Below are positions 1 through 7,074 of a stretch of DNA of 13,918 bases, in pieces (the stretch's first letter is position 1; each line of letters begins with the position of its first letter). The notes below the pieces were generated by a model. It saw only the letters and a list, made by a program, of their open reading frames with translations. It had not been told where the DNA came from and searched no databases. The stretch lies in assembly GCA_031425655.1 (NCBI GenBank), contig JANPJS010000248.1, positions 1 to 13,918 of the forward strand. The letters run 5' to 3'. A program made the position numbers and the translations under genes. Source of the DNA: Abditibacteriaceae bacterium. GTDB lineage: Bacteria; Armatimonadota; Abditibacteriia; Abditibacteriales; Abditibacteriaceae.

Positions 1-137
1 CAATGAAGAGCGTCCCCATTCGAGTTTGGGCTATCAAACACCCGCCGAGTTTCGGCAGGCCTTCCTAAACGCCCAAGCCGAGTCAGACAAAGAAAAAGAC
101 TAACCTTAAAACTGGATCAGAATTTGGGGGCAGGTCA
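1..137 (+). mobile_element. Right end of an IS3-family insertion sequence (IS407-group-like), including the right terminal inverted repeat
   Basis: A transposase C-terminus is followed by ...actggatcagaatttgggggcaggtCA ending at 137. This matches the IS3-family 5'-TG...CA-3' terminus and the GGGGCAGGTCA-type IRR. The left end lies outside the window. Confidence 0.85.
2..103 (+). CDS. IS3-family transposase OrfB, C-terminal fragment (5' part outside the window)
   Basis: Frame 2 reads NEERPHSSLGYQTPAEFRQAFLNAQAESDKEKD* (TAA at 101-103). NxxRPHSSLGYxTPxEF is the typical end of the IS3 integrase core. It is absent from the ORF track. Confidence 0.92.
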   Translation, partial: NEERPHSSLGYQTPAEFRQAFLNAQAESDKEKD

Positions 138-524
138 AAGGCAAGCGGCAGGGGGTCACCTTCATAAGGTCAACCGCTACCGTGATGCCGCACAATACAT
201 GACCGACAAGCGGCTTTTCATCTGCTTCATCAAGCCGTTTACCAACGGATGCGGCGAAATCGGCCATGTGTGGCTGTTGTCCAACGTGGACGCGGACGCG
301 GCGGCAGACACCATGGAGAGTTATGGCGGTGTTGGTGTCGGTTCGCGTCCTTGGAATTCCCGAATTTTGCTGAGGCAGGTTTTCAGCGTTTATGAGTTGC
401 CGGTTGAGTGAACATCTCGGTCCAAGGCGCCGCCCTCATGCAATGCCACGAAGGCGGCGCCCCGACCAACGAAAACGAGTGGAAACACCTCGTTCAAGTC
501 ACCAGTTCCCCGGTGACCCACTAA
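138..524 (+). pseudogene. Probable gene remnant interrupted by the IS (frames 138-411 and 408-524)
   Basis: The frame runs from inside the IS end to TGA 409-411 with no start of its own apart from internal Mets. A 38-codon frame (GTG 408 to TAA 524, VNISVQGAALMQCHEGGAPTNENEWKHLVQVTSSPVTH) overlaps that stop. Codons are C-ending rich, as expected for coding DNA. No family recognised. Confidence 0.35.
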
Positions 525-586
525 CCCGGCGGAGGCACCCGCACCTTCGCTTATAAAATAGCCGCAAAGCAACAAGGAGATTATCA

Positions 587-997
587 ATGGCAGGTTTTGG
601 AATCGCAGGAACAGTGGCTTTTCACAGACCATCAGTCAGTCAAGTGCAAGTCAATTTGACAGCAGGTGAATTCCTGCATTATCGAATCGCTGTAGCCGGC
701 AACAATCCGATTTTTAATTTGACGCGCGAAGGCGCTCTCTTATGGTCGGAACAGGATTTTCCGGGCGTGGTTGGGCCTTTTCAGCGAAAGTGGCCTGCGA
801 TCTCAGCCGAATTGGGGTCACGCGGGGATCGACAGAAGTTAGCAATCTCTTTTGCTGGCCCTCCCAAGACTTATGATGTGGTAGTTGAGTTACGAGACGC
901 AGCAGGTGCATCATTAATGGTCTTGCAAGATTACAACTGCACCAGCCCTGATCCCGGCGATTTTTTCTTTCAAAGCATCCACGTATTTTACGTGTAA
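587..997 (+). CDS. Hypothetical protein, 136 aa, beta-strand rich
   Basis: SD AAGGAG at 574-579 before the ATG and a possible -10 TAAAAT at 554-559. It has alternating hydrophobic strands (VQVNL, HYRIAV, KLAISF, YDVVVEL, SIHVFYV) and no signal peptide. Confidence 0.8.
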   Translation: MAGFGIAGTVAFHRPSVSQVQVNLTAGEFLHYRIAVAGNNPIFNLTREGALLWSEQDFPGVVGPFQRKWPAISAELGSRGDRQKLAISFAGPPKTYDVVVELRDAAGASLMVLQDYNCTSPDPGDFFFQSIHVFYV

Positions 998-1068
998 TGC
1001 TTTCAAGGAATCAGTTTAACCCCTCGAATTGGAATTTTGCGGGGTAAAAATAGAAAGGATTGAATGTC

Positions 1069-2505
1069 ATGAATCGCCAATTGAAGTTCTGGATTGCACC
1101 CTGCTTGCTCACGATGTGGGCGACAATTGCATTTGCGCCGCCAGTGTTTTGCCAACCAGGCACACCGACGCCACCGGCGACCCCAGCTCCCAGCCACATT
1201 GAGACTATTGCAGAGAGCGCCACAAAAGTGGGTGCGAATTTTGAGTCTTATCTCGCCACGCGCATCATCATGTTGGGAAAGGCGCGAATGAAAACGCCGG
1301 CAGAGACCTTAAAGGAAAAGTTCAAGGCCTCCAAGCAAGTAGACACGCCAACAATTGGTGATAATTCCACCTCATTAACGGACAAAGGTTCTGCCGGGGA
1401 TTTCGTTTCGTTGGCATTCCAGTTAGCCGGGCTAACCAATAACGATGCAAAAAGCAATAATGCGTCGGTAAGCATCACCGCTTTCGCCCTGAAGGCATTT
1501 TTGGATGGCCGCAATCCCAGTGGAACCTCTGACGAAGACTTGAAATATTATCGGGACAACAGCCGATATCGCCGTTTTACCTTTACGTTAGGAACGGATT
1601 CACCCGAAGCTGGTAATCCTCGACCTAAAGCTACCTTGTTGGGGGCTAAAATTGTGCTCATTCCATCCGACAAAAATGGAACGTCGGAGTTGGACAACGA
1701 CGATTGGATTCGAATCTCCAGAGCCTTCCAAAAACTGTCGCAACAAATTGATCCCGTTCTTAATAAGGTGGATCAACGCATCATTCCAATGTTAGGGGCA
1801 AACAGTCCATTCGTGTCGACTGCGGGGCAAAAACCGGTGGTAGCGAATGAATTGGTGTCAGCGTTCGTAAATAATCAGCGACCGGATGGCACGCCACTAA
1901 TATCTGCGGAGATCGCGAACGTCGCAAACGTGGCCAAAGCGATTGACGAGGAGATCAACACGGCCCTAAAAGGGGATTTAGGGCATTCGTTTGATCTTTA
2001 CCAGCAATTAGCGGCTCATTTCGCCAACAAGGTGCCCAAACAAAAGCAGTTGACGCTCGATTTACAAACGAAGCAAAAGAGCGGAGGCACTTCTGATGAT
2101 TACAAAGCCAACTTCCTCTACGAGATTGGGAGCGGCGGCAAAAGCAATTTAGTGCTCAACGCTGGCTATATGAAAGAGTCAGATGGTGTGACGAGGAAGC
2201 GGGGGGGCGTATTCGCGGCTGAATTTCAGCGGATTCGTGGCAGTAATCAGCAAGCAAATTCTACCGCCACCGATAAGCCGGAGAAACCGGCGCAAAGGCT
2301 TAGTTTCAGTGCCTTAGCGGACATGGCCGCGCCAAAGGACATTTACAAAGCGCAACTCAAATGGGTCATTCCTCTGAAGCGCGGTATCGAAATTCCAATC
2401 TCCGTCACTGTTGCCAACCGCACCGAATTGATTACTGAAGGCAAGATTAAAGGCAAAATTGGTTTTACCTTTGATCTGAGCAAACTTGGGTTGGATAATC
2501 CCTGA
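1069..2505 (+). CDS. Exported hypothetical protein with a possible outer-membrane beta-barrel C-terminal region
   Basis: SD AAAGGA at 1054-1059 favours ATG 1069 over TTG 1060. A Sec-type signal (MNRQLK-FWIAPCLLTMWATIAFA) is followed by a Pro/Thr linker. The C-terminal part has amphipathic strands (YKANFLYEI, NLVLNAGY, VFAAEFQ, AQLKWVIPL, IEIPISVTVAN, IKGKIGFTFDL). Confidence 0.85.
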   Translation: MNRQLKFWIAPCLLTMWATIAFAPPVFCQPGTPTPPATPAPSHIETIAESATKVGANFESYLATRIIMLGKARMKTPAETLKEKFKASKQVDTPTIGDNSTSLTDKGSAGDFVSLAFQLAGLTNNDAKSNNASVSITAFALKAFLDGRNPSGTSDEDLKYYRDNSRYRRFTFTLGTDSPEAGNPRPKATLLGAKIVLIPSDKNGTSELDNDDWIRISRAFQKLSQQIDPVLNKVDQRIIPMLGANSPFVSTAGQKPVVANELVSAFVNNQRPDGTPLISAEIANVANVAKAIDEEINTALKGDLGHSFDLYQQLAAHFANKVPKQKQLTLDLQTKQKSGGTSDDYKANFLYEIGSGGKSNLVLNAGYMKESDGVTRKRGGVFAAEFQRIRGSNQQANSTATDKPEKPAQRLSFSALADMAAPKDIYKAQLKWVIPLKRGIEIPISVTVANRTELITEGKIKGKIGFTFDLSKLGLDNP

Positions 2506-2693
2506 ACATAAACCCCGTTGGCAACGCGGCAAGGAGCGCAGCCGCGTTATCAACAACATTCGCACTTTCGCCTACTGAGCCTGCTACGTTGACCTCAAAG
2601 GCAATCGTGGCCTGTGGAGCGAAAGCGCGACCGGCACGAGAACGAACTGACAAGCCGTAAAAACCGAACCGAAGCACAAAGGAGTGATTAATC

Positions 2694-3545
2694 ATGCCGT
2701 TCTACCTCATTCAAGGCACGTTTCACGTCAAAGGAGCCTCGCCAGACGGTGACTCCATTCGTTTCAAGGCGAATGATCTGGGCCATTGGGCAAAGATCAA
2801 TGCTCCGGGACGGATCGTAAAGATCAAAGCGCTGGGACGTGTCCAACTGCGCATTGAGGCCATTGATACTTTGGAGACTCATTTTGAGAATCTCCATCAG
2901 CCATTGGCTTTAGCTGAAGAAGCCACGGTGGCGTTGTTGGCCAAATTGAATATCACCGGAGTGCAATGGAATTCATCGCATACCATTATCACCGAAGCCA
3001 ATGATGGCACACCGGGCTACATTCTCACCCGTGCCGCAGAGAAAAACGGGCGTCCTGTGTCCTTTGTGTTTGCGGGTGAGCCTCCCCAGCCAGATGGCGC
3101 TTCGGTCAATCTCACACCGCAATGGTTGCGGGATAGCGTTAATTACCAACAGTTGTTGGACGGACTGGCTTACCCAACTTACTATGAAGGTCTGTTCTAC
3201 GATTTGCGAAACGAATTGACATCTGCTGTCAAACAGGCTCGTGTGGCAAACAAGAAGATTTGGGCCGTGGATAAAACGCAGAGTGGTGTGACAATACAAA
3301 ATCTGAGCACAATCACACAAAACGAAGTGATACTGCCCAAGTTGTTTCGTCGCCTCGTTGAATTTCTTCGCAGTGCGCCGCCCGGAGCACCTACGAATTT
3401 ATCGAATTTTTCCACGATGTTGGCTCAAGAGCAGGTCACTGTTTTGCCTCAAGTGCAGCAAACGCACTTTGACACAGTAGTCGATGTGACGGGGAACACG
3501 GTCCGGCTTACACATGCGCCAGAGAACCTGATTTTCGCCGGATAA
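2694..3545 (+). CDS. Staphylococcal nuclease (thermonuclease/SNase)-like nuclease
   Basis: SD AAAGGAG. The SNase motifs DGDS, LRIEAIDTLE, NGR, VNxxxLxxGLA and A-KQAR...KKIW are present in the correct order. It has a C-terminal extension and no signal peptide. Confidence 0.85.
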   Translation: MPFYLIQGTFHVKGASPDGDSIRFKANDLGHWAKINAPGRIVKIKALGRVQLRIEAIDTLETHFENLHQPLALAEEATVALLAKLNITGVQWNSSHTIITEANDGTPGYILTRAAEKNGRPVSFVFAGEPPQPDGASVNLTPQWLRDSVNYQQLLDGLAYPTYYEGLFYDLRNELTSAVKQARVANKKIWAVDKTQSGVTIQNLSTITQNEVILPKLFRRLVEFLRSAPPGAPTNLSNFSTMLAQEQVTVLPQVQQTHFDTVVDVTGNTVRLTHAPENLIFAG

Positions 3546-3546
3546 T

Positions 3547-3602
3547 AAAAAGAGCCAATGCAGTTTCACGGCTGGTGTGAGAACTGCATTGGCTCTTTTT
3601 TT
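3547..3602. terminator. Intrinsic terminator, probably bidirectional
   Basis: AAAAAGAGCCAATGCAGTT pairs with AACTGCATTGGCTCTTTTT, followed by a T7 run, immediately after the nuclease stop codon. There is an A-tract on the 5' side. Confidence 0.85.
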
Positions 3603-3628
3603 CAATAGGTAAAAGGAATTTTGCGAAC

Positions 3629-4918
3629 ATGGAACGTGCAACTATTTGGCTTGGCATAGGAGTATTTTCAGTCATTGTAGCAGTTGTTAGTGCTGCAATA
3701 TTGTTTCGTAAGGCCAATGTCGAAGTCCAGAAAAATTTTCTCATTGCGTCGCTTTTGGTCTTTACACTCAGTTCCTTGAGTTTATTGATTTGGATTTGGC
3801 CTTCGACTCCTATAATCGAGACGGAAACCCCGCTGCCAATCACGCCGCCGACTGTGCTCACTGCTTCTAACGACAAATTCACTTTTGCTGTTACGGTTCC
3901 CCAAATTAGCGTAGGGTGTGGCACCAACGTAAGGTATCCCTACGCGGTGGAGTTGAGTTCTGTGTCGTCATCCGCTTCAACGCCGTTGCCCGCTTCAACG
4001 CCGTTGCCCGTTACCGTGACTGTAAAGAATAAAACTCAATTAGCCCAAGGCATCACTTCCGCTTTGGAATCAGGTTCAATTACCCCAAAAAAGATTAATG
4101 GAATTCTACATTTGCTGACCTCTTGCGATACGCCGCAAGGCGCGTATCAAATCGCTTTATCTGCCACCCCAACTTCTGGGCTTGGAGGCCCACTTGACGT
4201 GAATGTGCCATTGCTACTCAAGTCCGACAAGCAGCAAGTCTGCCTCTCACTTTTTAGCTGGGACCTTCGCATTTCTGAAGAGCAACGCCTGTTGCTCATT
4301 GTCATACTATGTGGCTTTATTGGGGGCATCGCGCATGCACTGAGTTCAATTTATTGGCATTGGGGGCAGGAAACCTTATCTGCTCAGTGGTTGCCGATGT
4401 ATCTTGCTTTGCCTTTTGTCGGCAGCATTGTCGCAATGATTTTTCATTTGGTAATTCGCAGTGGGCTGTTCTCTGCTACGATGCCTGCCGGGCCGACTAA
4501 TGTCTACGGGGCTGCGGGATTGGCGGTTTTGATAGGATTATTTGCCCGGCAGGCAGTAGAAAAGATGCGTCAAGTGGCAGAAGCGTTTTTCGCAAATGCT
4601 CCTGTTGCTGAGCCAGCGCTTCAGATATCAGCTTCTGATATAGAGGTTGAGATCAGCAAGAGCGTGCACTTAGTCGTCACAGTCAAGGCAACAGGTGAAG
4701 TCAAGGAGCCGGTCATATTGAGTGTTCAAGGGATGCCGACTGGCATCACTATCGAGCCGTTAACAACCTCTATTGTGCCAACGCAAACTGGAACAACATC
4801 GACTTTTGTAGTAAAGGCTGACGCCACAGCCGAAGCAAAGCCTCACAACCTGACAATTACGGGCAGCAGAAACGGCATAATCGTTAGCACTAAGGATTTC
4901 AAGCTAACCGTTAAGTAA
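3629..4918 (+). CDS. Multi-pass membrane protein (~5 TM) with two Ig-like beta-sandwich domains
   Basis: Two N-terminal hydrophobic helices precede a Pro/Thr-rich beta region. Then come three helices (LLLIVILCGFIGGIAH; YLALPFVGSIVAMIFHLVIRSG; YGAAGLAVLIGLF..AVEKM) and a C-terminal Ig-like domain (LSVQGMPTGIT...STFVVKA...LTITG). SD-like AAAGGA lies upstream. Confidence 0.85.
   Translation: MERATIWLGIGVFSVIVAVVSAAILFRKANVEVQKNFLIASLLVFTLSSLSLLIWIWPSTPIIETETPLPITPPTVLTASNDKFTFAVTVPQISVGCGTNVRYPYAVELSSVSSSASTPLPASTPLPVTVTVKNKTQLAQGITSALESGSITPKKINGILHLLTSCDTPQGAYQIALSATPTSGLGGPLDVNVPLLLKSDKQQVCLSLFSWDLRISEEQRLLLIVILCGFIGGIAHALSSIYWHWGQETLSAQWLPMYLALPFVGSIVAMIFHLVIRSGLFSATMPAGPTNVYGAAGLAVLIGLFARQAVEKMRQVAEAFFANAPVAEPALQISASDIEVEISKSVHLVVTVKATGEVKEPVILSVQGMPTGITIEPLTTSIVPTQTGTTSTFVVKADATAEAKPHNLTITGSRNGIIVSTKDFKLTVK
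3972..4010 (+). repeat. Perfect 18-bp in-frame tandem duplication (ASTPLP x2)
   Basis: ccgcttcaacgccgttgc occurs at 3972-3989 and 3990-4007, followed by ccg. Confidence 0.9.
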
Positions 4919-4969
4919 TCAGGATCAGGCAAATGCTGGCAATGCGGCTTACGTCGAAGTTGCAACCCA

Positions 4970-5137
4970 GTGGAAATTGACATTAGCCGCTACATTTCGC
5001 TGGACGACGGCGTCGGCATTGACGACATCGCGCTGGCGCTCGAACGCGCGCTGCAAACTGATTACAAGCATTTGCTGGAGAGCGGCTTCAACGTCATCAT
5101 TCACAGCACCGGCGCGCTGGTGATTCGCAACTGCTGC
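4970..5137 (+). pseudogene. Truncated alpha/beta-hydrolase (esterase/lipase-like) fragment
   Basis: The translation IDISRYISLDDGVGIDDIALALERAL...FNVIIHSTGALVIRN contains an HSTG nucleophile elbow preceded by the expected strand-helix-strand. Similarity stops right after the elbow, and there is no good RBS or N-terminus. Confidence 0.7.
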
Positions 5138-5247
5138 GTTTGCCGAATAAATCTGTCTTCATTTTGCACCGCGCACCGTAGTCAGCGCAAAACATGGGGC
5201 CGAACAGCGAGTTTTAACTCCGCAAGTCGAGTAAGGGAGCGGGAATC

Positions 5248-6066
5248 ATGGTAACCGAAAGCGAATTGCAGCAAATCATGCCGAACTTATCGGCGGCGAA
5301 GCGGCAGTTGTATTTGCCGTTTTTGCAGACGGCGATGAAAGAATTCGAGATCACGTCGTTCGCGCGGGAAGCGGCCTTTTTGGCGCAACTGGCGCACGAA
5401 TCGGCGGAATTGCGCTACATGGAAGAGATCGCCAGCGGCAGGGCTTACGAAGGCCGCCGGGATTTAGGCAACACACAGCCCGGCGACGGCAAGCGCTTCA
5501 AAGGTCGCGGGCCAATTCAGCTCACGGGCCGGGCCAATTATCAACAATATGGGCGATTGCTGAGCCTCGATTTGATTGGCGACCCGCTTCAAGCAGCCAC
5601 GCCGCAAGTAGGGTTCCGCATCGCCGCATTATATTGGAAGCTGCACGGCTGCAATAAGCTGGCGGATCAGGGCGATTTTCTAACCATCACGAGGCGCATC
5701 AACGGCGGCACCAACGGCCTTACAGATCGCCGGAAATACTACGCTCGCGCCAAATTGGTGCTTTCTCACGACGATTCCGTTCCCAACGTGACGATTTTAG
5801 TAGACGGCGAGCCTTTGCCCAACATTAAAACCTTTTCACGCGGCGGATTTTTCATGGTCGCGTTGAAAACCATCGCCGCCGCCGCCAACTGGAAAATTGT
5901 TCAGGCAGTCAATGGCCAGGCGATTTTTCAGGATGCCAGCGGCGAAAATCACGACATTGTCCTGCTGATTCAGGACGGCACCGGCTACGTCCGTTGGGAC
6001 GATTTGCCCGGCGCCAGTTTCAATTCGGCCACGCGTCAGGCGATACTCAAAACTACTGCAAATTGA
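5248..6066 (+). CDS. Glycoside hydrolase family 19 (lysozyme/endolysin-like chitinase) with a C-terminal copper-amine-oxidase-N-like (stalk) domain
   Basis: GH19 motifs AAFLAQLAHES, MEE, RFKGRGPIQLTGRANY and ITRRINGGTNGL are present. The C-terminal VTILVDGEPL...GGFFMVALKTIAAAANWKI resembles Cu_amine_oxidN1. SD AAGGGAG; no signal peptide. Confidence 0.92.
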   Translation: MVTESELQQIMPNLSAAKRQLYLPFLQTAMKEFEITSFAREAAFLAQLAHESAELRYMEEIASGRAYEGRRDLGNTQPGDGKRFKGRGPIQLTGRANYQQYGRLLSLDLIGDPLQAATPQVGFRIAALYWKLHGCNKLADQGDFLTITRRINGGTNGLTDRRKYYARAKLVLSHDDSVPNVTILVDGEPLPNIKTFSRGGFFMVALKTIAAAANWKIVQAVNGQAIFQDASGENHDIVLLIQDGTGYVRWDDLPGASFNSATRQAILKTTAN

Positions 6067-6147
6067 CGCAACGAGCGTTCCACAACAGAAACGGAAGTTT
6101 GCTTTTTGGCAGACTTCCGTGTCTGTTTTGCTCTGTGTGCGTTAATA
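6062..6147. repeat. Long imperfect intergenic hairpin, possibly a terminator or stabiliser
   Basis: aacagaaacggaagtttgc pairs with gcagacttccgtgtctgtt (one mismatch, one G-U). The stem extends with attgacgca/tgcgttaat. Confidence 0.65.
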
Positions 6148-6207
6148 GTTTCGTAAACTCTGCCCAGCGCGCCGAACGAATCTTCAACTCGCGCGTCGGA
6201 GTTCGCC

Positions 6208-7032
6208 ATGATGAAACGTAACCGCGCTTTACTGCTGCTCAACAGCGCCGCAATTCTGATTTTAGCCGCTTCGCTGCTGCCCCATGTTGTCGCTCAGCAG
6301 GGCGCGGACTATGGGAAAAACCCCGTCAAACCCGCCGACGGCACCGCGCGTCAAACCGCGCAAGTGTGGAAAGGCTCGCCTCTTGGCCCCGATGGCGCCT
6401 TTGAAGACCCGCGCCGCGCCGAGCAACTGCATATTCACAAAGTGATGGATTTAATGGGCCTCAAACTCGGCAGCGTCGTGGCCGATTTGGGTGCCGGAGG
6501 CGGCTGGTTTTCGATGTTAGCCGCGAAACGAGTCGGCGAAAAAGGCACCGTTTACGCCGAAGAAATCAACGCCGAATATACGAAGTTCATCGCCAATCGC
6601 GCGGCCAACGAAGGCTTCAAAAACGTGAAAACAATTTTAGGCACGCCGGACGATCCGAAACTGCCCGAAAACAAGTTAGACGCGATTTTGGTTCTCAATG
6701 CCTATCACGAGTTCGAGCAGCCTTTGGCGATGCTGCGTAAAGTCCAGACCGCGCTGAAGCCGGGCGGACGCCTTGCTTTCATTGAGCGCGACACCGACGC
6801 GCTTCGCGCCGAGGCCGAAGACGCTTATAAGCAAAGCGGCAAAATCAAGCGCCGCGTGGACGAAAAAAATGATGACGACCCGCGCACCGACGACCATCGT
6901 TTGGCGATGCCCATCGTAGTGCGCGAAGCCGAATCCGTGGGTTTTCGCAAAGTGCAGTCGCTCGAACTTAACGACGACCATTATTTGCTGATCGTCGAGA
7001 AGCCCATGCCCGCCGTTAAAAGCGCAGGCTGA
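6208..7032 (+). CDS. Class I SAM-dependent methyltransferase with an N-terminal signal peptide
   Basis: Motif I VVADLGAGGG, then VYAEEI, LDAILVLNAYHE and LKPGGRL. The N-terminus is MMKRNR, a hydrophobic stretch, and VVA-QQ. SD GGAG at 6198-6201. Confidence 0.92.
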   Translation: MMKRNRALLLLNSAAILILAASLLPHVVAQQGADYGKNPVKPADGTARQTAQVWKGSPLGPDGAFEDPRRAEQLHIHKVMDLMGLKLGSVVADLGAGGGWFSMLAAKRVGEKGTVYAEEINAEYTKFIANRAANEGFKNVKTILGTPDDPKLPENKLDAILVLNAYHEFEQPLAMLRKVQTALKPGGRLAFIERDTDALRAEAEDAYKQSGKIKRRVDEKNDDDPRTDDHRLAMPIVVREAESVGFRKVQSLELNDDHYLLIVEKPMPAVKSAG

Positions 7033-7074
7033 TTTACGCGCCGCTTTGACGCTGTTCGGCTGTCAAAGCCGTGC

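Noticed and set aside
226..275. IKPFTNGCGEIGH resembles the Fic motif HPFxDGNGRxxR
   Set aside because: The catalytic His, the Asn and both Arg residues are absent and the context is not convincingly Fic-like. It is too weak to call without an HMM search.
2596..2670. Possible c-di-GMP-I riboswitch (aaaggcaa...gcgaaagc)
   Set aside because: It lacks the GGCAAAC...GACGCAAAGC core and the P3 tetraloop-receptor stem.
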